From Phoronis australis (taxonomy: Eukaryota > Animalia > Phoronida): 64,000 nucleotides of DNA. Location of the stretch: assembly GCA_002633005.1 (NCBI GenBank), contig NMRA01000291.1:264825-328824 (forward strand), in the 5' to 3' direction. The notes below the pieces were generated by a model. The model saw only the letters and a program-made list of their open reading frames with translations. It did no database searches and had not been told where the DNA came from. Positions 25,238-39,577 of this stretch are shown here, in pieces (the stretch's first letter is position 1; every line of letters starts with the position of its first letter). Made by a program: the position numbers and the translations under genes.

Positions 25238-27510
25238 TTTAGGATAGTCACTTTCTCCAGCTGTTCCTATTTAACACTTTTCTGTACATTAGCACATTTT
25301 ATGTCTATTACTTGGTAATTTGATGTGAAAAAGAGAATTTGTTCCTGCCAAGCTATGCTGGCAGATGTTATGAAAAAAAATAACGATGCTTAACGAACTT
25401 CCACAAATCCGTTCAATTCATGAAAACGTAATCACAAAAGTATGATGTGCAGTAAGATTTATTTTTTGTATATTAATTTGGTTGGCTTCTAGAGAGCTGC
25501 TTGCATAAAGTTGGTAGTAAGGTACCTGCAAATGACCAGGGGCCTTTCATCTCAGCACAGTAGGACAAGCTTCAGAAGTCATGCATGACACGAGAAGTCT
25601 TGCTTTACAATTATGATGAAAAGCACAGAAATGACTTGAATTTTATCCTTAGTTTTGTGCAGTGTTTGAGAGCCAATTCAATTATTCATATATTATTATT
25701 TCTTTACGTTGCATTACCTGTATTGAATTTGTGTGAAACTCACTTTACGGGGGGTTTACATTTATTTATAGTTTTGGTTGCACATAATTGACATGTATGT
25801 TAACTCATTGTCTTGTACTTACAAACCAAAACTGGTCACTGGTAGTTCTTTCAAACTGGTATTTTTGTGAGTGATATGTATATTTGTTGCTGAAGAACCC
25901 AAAATTGCAGTTTTCAAAGTAGGTTTTTGTTGTGTGCTCTGTGCAATGAAAAATTCAGAGGTGAGATTCTTGGAGTTTGCTCCCTTGTCACCATTTGGAA
26001 TTTAGTAAAATTTGACAAAATAACCAATTTTGTGCTTTGTGAAATTCTATGACATAGACAGGATGATTCGAATTAAACAGAATGTTGTCTGAAGTAAATG
26101 TATGTTAGTTACATTTTGTATTGTAAAATAATTTTATGTTTAAAGCATGTTTGTTTTTTATTCATTAATGAGTTTTGCACGGATGACCGTCAACTGTCAT
26201 TTGAACACAACCATGTAAAAGATGTTCGTTACGGACATGTACAACAGAGTTATTGTGCTGACATTTCGTTTTATGAAAGTTGTACATTGTATGCTTCAAC
26301 AATGGTAAAGCATGTTGTTTCACGTAACAACTATTGAACACAGCTGTTGATGGTATGCTATCAATAAAAAGTTACGACTAGAGAAAAGTTTCATGGAAAG
26401 GAAACCTGGATCTTGCACTGCATTATGGTATTGACCAGAAATGCGTTAACTGTTTCGTGTTTCTGTGGTCAGCTCCGTGCATCAGTTTCCTGTTACATGT
26501 TATTGAGCTGTTAATGTTGTTCACGTGAACTAATGTACCTTATTTGTGCCCAGTAAATCCTGGGTTGTTTGATGTCATGTGGTCTGTATCTTGAAAAGTG
26601 ACTCAAGACTCTGGAATTTGGTGTTGCGCTCTCACTTGACAATTATTGGATAATAGTTTTGTCAAGCAATTATGAGCATGTTACAGTCTAGAAATAATTT
26701 ATAGAAATTATCTCAGTAACAAACACTAACAGTTATGTGTGTATTCTCAGAGGGTTTGTACTTTTGTTCAAGTGAAATTTAATTGTTTTTCAGAAATATT
26801 TATGTAGAGCATTAGGCAATTTTCCATGAAACAGACCCCTGTACAAGTATGCATAGCGATGCTGTAATACAAGAATTGTTATCTAGGTCAGTGTAGTACC
26901 AGGTGAACTTTGTTTAAATCTCTGAAGAATGTGTTGTCACGTTCAAGTTTGTAAGTTTGTTCTGTTTTTATTTATTTAGTGTGAAATATAAGATTATTTC
27001 AGTCCGTACAAATTTTATTTGTCTTGTTCGTCTGATATCGCTCAGTATGTAAAAATATTTACTGGGAGCTCGTGTCTCATGAGGTAGTTCAGAACGACTA
27101 TAAATATGTACTGCTATGTGCCAGATTTGAATCTCAAAATGTGTTCTTTGTTCATAGTCCCACACAGCACTAATCAGGTCAAACCAAAAACTTTCACTTC
27201 AAACTGTAATAAATCACGCTGGTGGTGACAAACTTTCCCAGTGGACCAATCACTGCATTACATTCAGTCAACGGTGTTGTCATATGTAATTAGGAATGGT
27301 AACTGGTCGTATTAAAGAATGGAATCGTGAACAAAAGATGGCGCCATATGGAAGTTAAAGGCTACCATAAACCTGTCATAAAATTTAACTTTTCTTTTAT
27401 ACAGCTTGTAGTTATGGCAGTAATCGAAACTTGTTCCTTACTGAAATTAGAGGTGATTTCTGAACTTGTATAAACTAATAGTTTGCTATTGTTCTATACC
27501 AGGTTCAACT

Positions 27511-27590
27511 AGTTTGGTTGTCATGGCAGGTCAGCAAGTTTGGTTGTCATGGCAGGTCAGCGAGTTTGGTTGTCATGGCAGGTCAGCGAG
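27511..27590. repeat. 26-bp tandem repeat x3
   Basis: agtttggttgtcatggcaggtcagc(a/g). Confidence 0.85.
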
Positions 27591-27644
27591 CATCAGGTCT
27601 ACAGCAACAACGATCTGTCGGTTCTTTCCAAACCTAGCTGAGAC

Positions 27645-27773
27645 CACTTCTCATCTATGTAAGGGACGTGTTGAGATGAAGTGTAATTATTAGAATTGGT
27701 CTACATAATCACTTCTCATCTATGTAAGGGATATGTTGAGATGAAGTTTAATATTAGAATTGATCTACATAAC
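27645..27773. repeat. About 65-bp tandem duplication x2
   Basis: cacttctcatctatgtaaggga...ctacataa twice. Confidence 0.8.
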
Positions 27774-28991
27774 AATTATGCAAAACCATTGAGGCAATCT
27801 AAAGGATTACAAACTGGTAATCTTGTTCTTTGATCCAATGGTGCTCTGGGAAATTTTAATTATGATAAACATGAAAATTACATTTGGACTACTCAGTGAA
27901 ACTATTAGGGGATTGGCAAGATGTGCTCATGAGAATTTCGTAATTTGGTGCATTCAGGAATTTTGACTGTCCCGAGTAGGCTACTCGGGGCACCTGTCAC
28001 AACCAAATTGCATGAAGTTTCTTTGATTATTATGGTTGCTGTACTTTTAATATTCGACAAGTATTTCTACCATGGGAATTAAGCTGTCCAGAGTTTGTAT
28101 CTGCACCAATTTGTAATCTAAGGATGTCCAATGTAATTGAGATCGGGCATACAACAGTAATTATTCACCTATTTAGTTCGCAACATAGCATACAAATGAA
28201 ATTTACATTCCATCATATCACTTTATCTTAAGTTAGATTGTGCAGGTGTGGTAATGTCAGAGCTTGAAATGACCAATAACAAAAAAGAGGAAAATTGCCC
28301 AGCTGATATAGCATTCCACAAATAGGTTTGTGACAGAAAAGTTGTAAAATTTTACTGAAAAAACTGCTTTTACATGAATAAAGTTAGACAAAATAACTAT
28401 AAAACGAGACGAAAAAAGCGGAAACTGGAAATCAAATTAGAGGAAGTCGAAATCTAAAGAGGAAATCCTCTTCAAAGAGGAAAATTCCAAGCCCTGTAGT
28501 TTCCATTATTTGAAAGGCCATCCTATAAAAATAATGAAGAATAAGTTAAGGATTGCTTTTTTACTCAACAATGTTTGCAAACATTGTACTTCCTTTGGTT
28601 CTATGGTGTCAACACTGCAACATTGTTTTCGATTTCTTTTAAATTACGAATTGGTCCACACCTGGGGAGATTCACAAGGAGGTTGGGGTTTTCCAACACC
28701 CCTCACTAAGTTAGTCTTTGCAACCTGAATTCTCAAAATGGTTCATGACACGGAACATTACTCGTAGATTACCATTACATTCATAACTCAATAGTATTTT
28801 GCATTTTAGCTGCTCATCATTCACGACCTGTATTGCATTTACACATTAAAGAATGTCTTATTTACCAGAAATTGTCTCACCTAGGCTTTCATCTACATTG
28901 TTAAAATTTATCTCATAAGCTGTATGAAATTCAATCCCACAAGACATGAAGAAGACAACTTCCCAAGCAATCGATATACACCAAATGTTAC

Positions 28992-28997
28992 TTTATT
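28992..28997 (-). terminator. Candidate tomosyn polyadenylation signal (AATAAA), implying a 3' UTR of about 3.7 kb
   Basis: tttatt on the + strand at the distal end of a TG-rich (minus-strand) UTR-like tract. Confidence 0.4.
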
Positions 28998-31900
28998 TGT
29001 CAGTAATCTACATGTTTGTACATACAGCACTTTGTACACCCACCATGATTAGCAACTCCGTCACCAGTGCAAAGCAATAGACACCCCACACAGTCAGCCA
29101 AGACTTGGACAAGTACAGAGAACCTCAAGTACTCGTAATGCAGCTTGTTGCTGGTTTTCAACTTTTAGAATATAGAACTACCATGTTAAGTTAGTGAAAA
29201 TATACATCAATCAAACCAAGACTTGTTGTTATTAGCCCCAGAAAAAGGCAAGCACAAAAGGGTAGCACAGAACTGGCTCTGAATTGAGATTGGCCGTTGG
29301 TTCCATCATTTGCATTCACAATACCCAATGAGGGGACTGTGCTCCTTATTGCAAATATATGGATTGGCTGAAAACACAGTTCTACCTGATTATGCATAAC
29401 AGTGTCATTGGCTATGTTAAAGAACACCCAGTAAATGACCAGATTTGCATACATGTACCTAGGTCGCACTAAAAACATTGAAGAGAAGGAAACAAAAAGA
29501 GAAGAAAAGAATTGCTTCACACTAGCTCAGGAGTGTATTACAGTCAAGACATCTAATACAATTGCTCAATAATAGTAAGAACCACATTTTGGATACAAAC
29601 AACACTGAGTCTTACTTACACTTGATAACTTTGTACAATTTTAAAATGTCACATTTCCCAATGTTGGATCATTTTAAAAAAGGGCCAAAGCATCCACGGA
29701 AACGCAAGTTTGTAAAGTTCTTAGCGAGGATGAACTAGAATCTATAATCTTATCCACTGTCTAGATAACTTTTGACCAGATTCATTAAGTTTCAAACTTC
29801 AGTAACATATCCAAGTGACCAAGTTGTGGATATAACTAGAGCACCACGGTTTTTACTTCATCTCTTGAATTAATAACTTGCAAAGCACAATTAACTCATA
29901 AGGTAAGTTGATGACATTGGATTCTAGACAAAATCATGACGTGTATCGAACAGAACAGTAAGTGCCCCTTTCCAAATGAACAACCAAGTTCACTCTGAAA
30001 CATAGAGATCTGAAGCATCTGGTCAAAATTTTCAAACACATTCATAGACGCATAAATAAATCAATAAATAACTGCATTGATGAAACAATCCTAAGTTAGG
30101 AAATTACAAGTCACAAGGTATTAGTTATTGTAGGATATTTGTCATGTAGCTCACATTTTTCAACTCAGTGATTGCATGCTTGTATTTATCATCAGATTTA
30201 AAGAGCATACCTAACTCATGCAGAAATAGAGTGCACGTGTTGTCATGTATTTTTGTGGCCACATGAACACCACTGAAACAAAGGTGCTAAAGTGTGAAAA
30301 TATAAGAAAGCAAGTCACTTGCAAACACACATCTGAGGCCAGCTTCACTATAATGTTGACCAGTATGATAAAACATGTTTTCTTATGACAAATGAACCTC
30401 GATACATTTTTATTGCAGAAGGCCCTTCCTTAATATCTACTGCAAAATAACTCTTTAAGCCGACAATACTGAGGATTAAAGTAAGTACACATTGAAATAC
30501 ATGTTAAAATTTTGAGCTCCAAGTAGTCACACTTAGAAACCAACAAGTGCATTGACTCGCGTGTAATGTAATTCAAATGGCTAGATATATCCACACAGCT
30601 ATAATACACACGCAACCAAACCCAGTCATGTAATGGCGACAGTGACATTGCTACAAATGGCAACAATGAACAAAATAAATGCGTTGACAACCCATCCGGT
30701 AAGCATCTAAATATTGGTTTGACGATAAGCACCCACGTTCAACATGAGACTTGTCAAGATGCGACTAGAATTAACGTGCTTTCACTTTGACGCAGTGAAC
30801 CATGAGGAAAAGTTCTTTAGCCAGGAGACCAGCACACTTTCAACAATAAGCAAACCAAGAGACAGTGACATAGCAAAAAAGATGAAATTGCAACATTTTT
30901 AAGTTGAAATTATGAGTATTTTCTCCAAAGAACACATATGTACATCTGATTGGAAATATTAGTTTGAAAATTTCTGACAAGGCCGAGAATTTCAGATAAT
31001 TTTGTTTCAGCGTCCATCAAAAAGTTTCGAATATTCAGGATATCTAAACTTTTTAGCATCAGTCAAGTTATTCTCTACTTTAAAGGACTTCAACTGCTTG
31101 TTTTCTTCACACAATTCGAAATCACAACTGAAATTCAAGAGCTTTTGAAGAACGTGATGTCTTCAAGTACTTTATGGTTAACTACATGCCTCAAGTATGA
31201 AAACAACTCTAATCAAGTAGTTACGTTTCATTATCTCACAACCGAAAGTTGGCCTTGACCTTGTTATCTATTCAACAAGAACACAAATCAAAAGTTTGAA
31301 GTAGCACCCAACACACATATTGAAAACTGTACCTAGGGTGACAGTGTTGCACAGACCAAGCTTCTTGCACGTAAAGCGAGATCAAACAAGACTATGCAAA
31401 ATCACGCGAGTGAAAGGCGAGTGTTTCGTGAGTATGAACAAGACTGTACTACCGTGACCTAGTGACCGTAATACAGTAACCTAGCAAAATGGCAGCCAGT
31501 ATTTATTTGGATAGGTTGGAATGTTGAATTACAGGATATAACTCATAAATTTTGGGAGAGTGATCCATTTCAATTCCACATGTAAAGATTTCTCGTCACA
31601 ACTCGCAAACTAATGTTTTGGATCTATGCAACGCTATGCAATACACCCGCTTTAATAATTTGCTTTTACGAGCCAGTCAAGGTAGAGTCCAGTTGTTACT
31701 TGTATTTTTCAGGCCTCAGGCACCATAGAAAGGAGTGTGTAAGCAGTGACTAATGTAACATACACTTTTTGTCAAATGGTGGCAAAGGTAATATTTTAAT
31801 AAAAAGTACCCTTTACCCAGAATATTTTTCCAGATACACAGAGAAGAGATACATGTACATAAATATATATACAAATGAGCAAGTGGTTCTAGCAAAGAAT

Positions 31901-32653
31901 ACCACATTGACAGCCTCACACATATTGCACTAAATAACACGAATAAACTAACAAGCGTGTGACTGACAAACACTGACAACTAAAGGAAAGCAGGGGATAA
32001 CACTCAACATTTCATAGCTGCGGAATGACATAATGAACAAAGCAAGCTACCACTTGTAGAGCTATTCACTTCTTTGAAAATAAACAGAGCAAATGACATG
32101 TAATAGTAACAATAATTATTATCACGGGCAAGATTTGATATTGCACACGTTCAGCTTCGTTAGTTCTTTAACAAACGAGCCTACCAGAGCCCAACTGACA
32201 TCCAACAATGTTGCACACTTTGAGTTATATCCGTCCCTCTTCACGGACTGATGTGAACAACTTACACAAATCAAGACAAACACTCTGAAAATATTGAAAT
32301 TTCACAGGTCGGATGTGGTCGTTACTTTCTGTACCAAAAACCTTCCCAAACTGCTACTGAGCACAGTCATTTAGCTGCCACCTGACTAACACCTGACAGG
32401 TGTGGAAACCCAGGCAATTCGGTTTAGTACTTCGTGGTTACCGGACCCGAACACTCATCCAATCGCTGCGGACAAACCCATTGCACTTTAAAAACTTCAC
32501 AAACTAACGCAAAGTTCCCGTGTCATTCTGCTTCAGTTCTCCACAAATACACGCAATGTTCTCGCATTACGCTGTTTCTGATTTCTACTGACGCAACAAC
32601 AACCCATTCTCATCGGCAGCCAATATTAGCACTGCATGCCCGCCGACGCTGCC

Positions 32654-32791
32654 TCAAAACTGGTACCACTTCTTGTTCTGATATTTATTCAACAAACTGT
32701 GCGAGGCAGTCGCAAAGTTTTCTGCATTCTCCATCATTCTGGCTGTTCGTTGATCTAGCTCACCCAGTTTTTCACCGCGTTCACTGAGTGC
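32654..32791 (-). CDS. STXBP5: Tomosyn last coding exon (R-SNARE end)
   Basis: ALSERGEKLGELDQRTARMMENAENFATASHSLLNKYQNKKWYQF*, the diagnostic tomosyn C-terminus. Confidence 0.95.
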   Translation of the reverse strand, partial: ALSERGEKLGELDQRTARMMENAENFATASHSLLNKYQNKKWYQF

Positions 32792-33669
32792 CTGGAAAAT
32801 GGGCAATTGGTAAGTGTAACCCAAGGCTAAACAAAGCAGAGATCTTTAAATTTCGAGAGCCAGTTTGCAGCTCGTTATTCAGTGCAGAAAACTGATTCTC
32901 AAAATGCAGAACCCATGTAAGTGACTATCACCATAGCCATTTTCAAGATAGTTTGGATGAGGTTCAAAACAAGTCACAAGCACACTCGCCTGAAGTGGAC
33001 TAGCTCCTGAAAATTAGACTTTCAAAAATGGTAACCAAATACATTTTAGAAGAAAATGTTAAGAACATAAAAAACAAAAAACTTAGCACTGGAACACTTA
33101 GTGTTCTGAAACAAAAATCCAATAGAGGGCACTTTTAAAGTCATGTAGGACCTTGTCAACAAGACTGTGTATTCAACAAATATCAAAAAACCCACAGACT
33201 TTAACTCATTACACTGTTTTTTAATTTGGTGGCTGGAAAGCCTGCAGAAATTGATAATTGAGTTTTTATCAATCTGCTATTTATTGGGTGGGGTGACAGT
33301 GTCTTCAAATGAAATTTACCAAAAAATAGTTCGTAGAGAAAAAAGCAACGGTACCAATAACGACCAAATTCTTTTGATATACGTGTTTAAGATGAACTCT
33401 TCAAAAACATTGCCACAGTTTTCTTAATTAACATTTTGTTTCGTTTATGCATTTTTGATTTTTTCATGCAAAATATGAAGTCCTACTTTTAACAACCTCT
33501 CATGAAAGGTTAAACATTTTAAAACTAATTCCTAAGAGTACTTCGGAGAACACTGCATATACCATTTAGTATCTGAACATTTCATACATACATTTTTGGG
33601 ATATGATGTTCTAAACTTAGTTAATTATAGAATTTTCCAAGGTATTACATAACCTTTAATGAGTCTTAC

Positions 33670-33785
33670 CTGCTGTGTCCGCTGCAAGTCTCCTGCCAGT
33701 GTGTCAGCTGACGCCTGAGCCACTGACATGCCTCCGGGGATGTGTCGCACCAGGCGACTGGATGCCCTGCCACTGGCCTCACCAA
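33670..33785 (-). CDS. STXBP5: Tomosyn exon
   Basis: (F)GEASGRASSRLVRHIPGGMSVAQASADTLAGDLQRTQQ; canonical splice sites, phase consistent. Confidence 0.9.
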
Positions 33786-34368
33786 CTGGGGAAGAAAGGG
33801 AGTTAACATTGAAACAGTAGAATCATCATTCACATCAAATACACAATAAGTCCCAACTTGGTTTCTCCTGCACCAGACTCCAAAATAATGCACGAGTCAA
33901 AGTATCTTATTTGCAATCTGACAAAAGGATAGTTTTTCAATTTTAAAAACACAATGAATTTGCAAAAAATGCAAGCAACCTGGCAATGATCAATGAAAAA
34001 ATGAGATGTTTACCTATCAACTTTCCATCTCAGAGGAAGTAAACAAAAAATACAGCCTAAATAATATATTCTGTTACATAATAGATGTAGAAGGACCAAG
34101 CCAATCGAGCAAGAAAACATTATGATCAAAGAACCACTTGCCTAAAATTGATTAAATTAGCATACTAGATATCTTAACTATAATAATTTCTCTGCAAAGC
34201 ACACAAAACCACTAAACACAGGTCATATCAATGCATGAAAATAACCACAATCACAAAGAATTTTTAATCACAAATTTCTTTGTAACTGCAGACATTTGGG
34301 ATTTTTGACACATGGAACCAGACTTACTATCTCATATTACATTCAATTCAACTAACTGAAAGACTTAC

Positions 34369-34493
34369 ACAGCTCCTCGCGGTCCAACACAGAGCTTCCT
34401 CCCGCAAACAAACTGGTGAAAAAGCCCTGTTTTGGCGGCTCCGGTGTCTCACAGGGCAGGAACAGATCACCGATCATATCACTCAGTTGTCGG
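34369..34493 (-). CDS. STXBP5: Tomosyn exon
   Basis: RQLSDMIGDLFLPCETPEPPKQGFFTSLFAGGSSVLDREEL. Confidence 0.92.
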
Positions 34494-35114
34494 CTGTGGC
34501 ATGCAAGAGAAATATGTTGCAACTGAAACAACCGTGACCACTCCATATTGCATCAGAGAGCTTTACTAGCCACTCCCCTAAAACTGTTGGCAATAAATAA
34601 ATGCATGCAGTAACAACTCCCCAATCTGGGGTAGTCTCAAAAAATTTGAGACAGTGAAATTGAGATTGAAATTGCATTTTCTTGATTTTGAAGACTGGGA
34701 CATGAAAGATTTTGCTGTTCATATTTCTGGAATTGAGACACTTTATCGACACAATCAGTTTATAAGTAAAAGTAACTGATGACAATGTGCTTATGTATCC
34801 CCAGAATGTATGATATCCAGATTGAGGCTAATGATTGTAATTCTAGAATTAGAGACAGTCAATGGTGCCTATTTCTAAAATTTGATACAAGCAAAATAAT
34901 TGTTTTCACTGTCCCAAACTGAAGCATTTAAATAGTATTCAGAAGGAACAGGTAGAGATCCTTGAAAATGGACCACAATGATCCTACCATGGCTAACATC
35001 TTTATCTTCAAATTAGTGTTCTTTTTTCCCAGACACATTGACAGTTGTGAAGTTAATAATAAGTTACTGTGACACACCACATGAACAATGAGTCGTATCA
35101 GCTCCTCTGCTCAC

Positions 35115-35210
35115 CTCATTTCGGCGGATATTGTTGCTTTCTGCACCTCACTCGGCGAACAGAAGTAGGTGATGTTGCCAGCACTACCAAAGTTGAATGT
35201 CCGCGCTATC
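35115..35210 (-). CDS. STXBP5: Tomosyn exon
   Basis: IARTFNFGSAGNITYFCSPSEVQKATISAEM. Confidence 0.92.
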
Positions 35211-35389
35211 CTGCAAAGCAAGAGAACAATAACAGTCAACAAACAGAATTGGTAAAATTGAGTCAGATTTCTGCATAATTCAGCCTAATTCAGTACAGGA
35301 CTCAACAAGGTGCTGGGGCATGACACATAGAACTGTGCAGACTGACGAAATATACTAAGTATTATTACAAGTTAACTAAGTTCTACTAA

Positions 35390-35940
35390 GGGCTGTTCCA
35401 GTAAAATCTGTATGGGGGGAAGGCACCTTTTTTTGCACTCACCACCCATATTTTTCATTTATTTCTTCAGCCTACCACCCGTAATTTTTTATAAGTTTGA
35501 AATGCAACCACCCGTAATTGTTTTTGTTCTTGTGGTTGACTGCACAGGCGTTTGAGTTTATCTGTTCCTCCATCACCACTAACGTCATTCATTACTAAGA
35601 AAACATGTTTCTTATTAGCCATCGAGAAATTCGAGCACCTCTGGTTAAATGGCGTTATGGGCATGCCGATGAGGAGATCGGAGGGAGTGAAAAAGTCGGA
35701 GCTTTTTGGAAGTCGCATTTTTGTTTCAGTTTTCGATTCTGTGCGGATTGTTTACAAAATTTACTAAAATTACCCACCATCAAACATTTATGACCCAATG
35801 AAACAACAACAACCTGTAAATTTTTATTTTTTTGAAGTACGACCACCAGCCATTTTGAATTTAAATCAAACGCAACCACCCATAAATTTTTATTTCAGTT
35901 GCCTTCCCCCCCTCCCACACAGATTTTGCTGGAACAGCCC
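35390..35940. mobile_element. PIF/Harbinger (Tourist-like) MITE
   Basis: TIRs gggctgttccag(t/c)aaaatctgt...acagattttgctggaacagccc flanked by a TAA/TAA duplication; internal accaccc repeats. Confidence 0.75.
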
Positions 35941-36310
35941 TAACCCATTAATCAAACTTTTACCCACTGTAGTTTCTGCACATCATAATAAGACTTTTAC
36001 AGAAAATAACTTAAGAGTACAAATGATTTGAGGAATATGCACATATGATAAGTGAAGTATTACTCAGGAATAATCAATAACAAAATCAAAGCACAAGACT
36101 TCATTCTACCTATTAGTAGAGGGTATGCAAGATGCTCTAGAGGGATTCATAAACTTCAAAGGAATGGTGCACAGCAATCACAGCATTGTTAAATAAACTA
36201 TACTCATGTACAGTAGTAAATCAATATAATTTAACTGAGTAAGACAAACGGTACACTGGTATTATTGTAAACTAGCAATCATTGTATAGTTGACATGAGT
36301 GACAGCTCAC

Positions 36311-36419
36311 CGTAGGTCAGTTAAGGGCAGAAACTCCACGTCCAACAGCAGCTTAAGACTTGGTAGACTAAACGCCATCACATGGCCGTTGGCAACGTAA
36401 CACGCCAGACAGACGCTGT
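36311..36419 (-). CDS. STXBP5: Tomosyn exon
   Basis: SVCLACYVANGHVMAFSLPSLKLLLDVEFLPLTDL(R). Confidence 0.92.
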
Positions 36420-38358
36420 CTGTAACCATAGAAACAATTCACAATCAACTGTGTAGCATCACATATACCTCTTACCACAGTTATAAACACGGCTACAAAA
36501 TAACCATGAAATGGAAAGTTTTCCAATAGGAACAATCATTAAAACAAAGAAGTTATCCCCTTTAGGACTAGTAAAACATTATTTTGAAGCTGCTTGCTCA
36601 GTGCCAGATGCAGAGGTCATACAACAGGTCTTTGTACGATGTCATTTTTGGTGCATCACTGCTTTTTTCAAAATGAAATTTATAAAATATGTGGCATCAG
36701 AAATATTTCGATCAGAAGTACTCAAAGGTAGAATTGGCTGTTATATTATGTGCCGCTATTTTTAGATTATGTTTCTTAGTGACGTCATTGGTGAGAAAAG
36801 ACATTTTCAGTGACCAGCCTTAGTGTAGAATCAAACCTACGATCCTTACAGACACAATAGAACATTCTGCTTAGGCACAGCTAAGCAACAGTTGATAAAT
36901 GATAGGATTTAGCTTGTGAAGTCATCAACCTAAACACAATGGGGACAGTTGGCCATTTATAATGAAACCACAAAAAGAAAGGATTTCGTAGTTTTACAGC
37001 TCTGGTGAAAGCTAATAACTTCAAGAAGTCTATCCCATCCAACAATACCAAAAATGCATTTTAAGCCATGAAACCGATAAATGTCCCTTCAGTCTTCAAC
37101 ATTTCAATAGCAATCAAACCGAGTGTGAAAAACTTTTGATTAACACTATTTCCATATTCATCCTCTCCTTAAAGTTTCCTACATTGAATGCAAGGCATGA
37201 CATTGATTATTTCACGCAACACAAATAGTAGTTTGAGGCTTATTCAGCTTTGTTTAGGCACAAATTTTTGCCGCAAAAAATATAATTTGTTAACGTATCG
37301 ACAAAACCAAATATTGACACAACTTATTACCTCACACTTAGCCAAGGATAAGCCTCATTAACAGTCTAACAAAAAGAGCTGTAATATGAAGAAACAATGT
37401 AAAGGGGCACGACAACCGATCAATCTCAAATTAAAAGATGGTGCAGACTAAACCAAAAACACCATTTGACACTTTAAATTCCTTTGAATGTATAAACTCA
37501 AAGCAACTCAAAGGCGGATAGGCGAGAATATGCTCTCACTGACAAAAATTAGGAAAAAAACAGAATCCTGCCATGCAGAGGAATGAAAAGCAACCACTCA
37601 GTTAGCAAATATTGAAAAAATAGCACAAATCAAAATTCATAAAATGTCAGACATTTCCACATTCATAACAACCTTCCATAGTGAAATGGTCTGAAAAAAG
37701 ACATTGATGACAGGTATGAAACACTTCCTACAGCTAAAAGCACAACATAGCATGAACTTTCAGTGCATTCAAATGAACTCGGCCCAGCAAGGTACAACAC
37801 TGTATTCTAAAGATCACGAAATTGGCAAAAAATAATCAGCAGCCTGTAGAACAACTATCACATACATGCTGATACAGAAATAAACCATTTTGTTTGTCAA
37901 TAATCCTTGTAAATCATTTTTGACTGATGTTTCTGACCAACATGGGACATTTTTTAATCGATGCTTAGTCTAACCTTGAAGTATCTAACTTAAGCCCCAC
38001 TAAGGTACTGGTCAAAAGTGCTGGGACAAAATTCTGTTTCCTGTCACGCCAGTGAAAACTCAGTCTGTTCACAGCAAAATTTAGCAGTAATGCCTCTTAT
38101 AGTGGCAAAATTCTCATTAGAAAATGGCTGGGCCACCTTACTAACTTTGCCATTAATTCCCCTTCATTGTCAGTCATCAGGGGAGACTACTCTAATGATG
38201 GATTCAGCGTCTGCCGAGCTGTCATGACGGAGAATTCTGGGTCATTTTGTCTAAGTACTTTCGGCTTGTACTGTATTACAGTGGTATATGATTACAAAAC
38301 AACATACCAAAACATGAATGATAGTGATACTAATAGGCCTATACTGAAGATAAATTAC

Positions 38359-38449
38359 CTTTGAATGAGATGACTTCAGCCTTAGTGACAAACGAAGACT
38401 CAGTTAGTTTCACTTTATAAGCACACGTTTGGGAAGGCAGAGAGACAAC
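38359..38449 (-). CDS. STXBP5: Tomosyn exon
   Basis: VVSLPSQTCAYKVKLTESSFVTKAEVISFK. Confidence 0.92.
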
Positions 38450-38717
38450 CTGCAAAACACATTAAGACATTGACAGATTGCCACGAAAAATTGTAGCAAC
38501 TCCCACTTCAGGCAAAATGTATATCATCAGTTTCTGAATGTTAACTTTACAAATGACAGTGCAAAAGTACTCGATGCATGTTAGATGTCACTGCAATCAC
38601 TTCATGATAATGGTCCGACGAACGACACACTCAAACACAATTCACTCATTGGTCGAGTTTTGTTGAATTAAATTGTACACCCAGGAGTTCACCGCATTTT
38701 GTCAAGACACAATGAAT

Positions 38718-39229
38718 CAGGGCTTGGAATGACCAATGACAAAAAACGCGGAAACTTTGAAACTTTTACGGCCCAAATCATGCCCGATAAACAGTCTTGA
38801 AAATGGTCAATGTGAACCTTTCCCCGACAAAAATCGGGACTAAAAAAAAAAAAAAAAAAAATTACCACCATCAGTAGCATGCGTCTGCGTCCTTTTAGCT
38901 CGTCCGTCCACTCCCAACCCACACATTTTTGGCTGCAGAGCGGTAGTATTTGTCGCCGCGCTTAACAATAACACGAGACGCCATTGAAAATCCCACCACG
39001 ATGTCCCAGATGCCCCGGCAATGTTGACAATTTACGTTCCTCCGAAACATTAAGAGCAACTTCCGCTTTTCGAGGTGAACGTCGTCTGCAACGCCGCGGT
39101 AAGAAAGGAATTTGCCGCGGAAATTTTATATCAAATCCGATTTTTTTACGCGGAAATATTATAAAAAAAAACGGAAAGCAATTTGAAAAAAGTGGAAATC
39201 CGCGTTTCCGTGGAAAATTCCAAGCCCTG
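38718..39229. mobile_element. hAT-like MITE
   Basis: TIRs cagggcttggaat...attccaagccctg, flanking atgaat on both sides, subterminal cgcggaaa repeats; a solo end of the same family lies near 28480-28496. Confidence 0.7.
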
Positions 39230-39470
39230 ATGAATGAAATCCCAAAACACCATGAAGAGGCAAAACGATGAACAACATTGCTCTTTGGCAAACAAGTCAA
39301 CTTCACTTTCTGACTATAAATACACGCAAGGTCCCAGCGTGTCTGCATAGACTGGCCCACGAGCTACTGGGAAATTAAAACATCTTCCCATGTCAGGGTA
39401 CAATGGCAGCCATCAAATCCATGATGCCTGGAACAATCGTGTTCTGGCAGTCTCTCACTCATTGACTTAC

Positions 39471-39577
39471 CCTAGCCTGTTTTTCAGATGAGATAATGGC
39501 AAACTGGCGGTCACTCATCTCTGTTGATGCAGTAGGAGACATTTTAGGACGTGCTCCACCACTGTTTGACTGTGTCC
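39471..39577 (-). CDS. STXBP5: Tomosyn exon
   Basis: TQSNSGGARPKMSPTASTEMSDRQFAIISSEKQAR. Confidence 0.9.
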
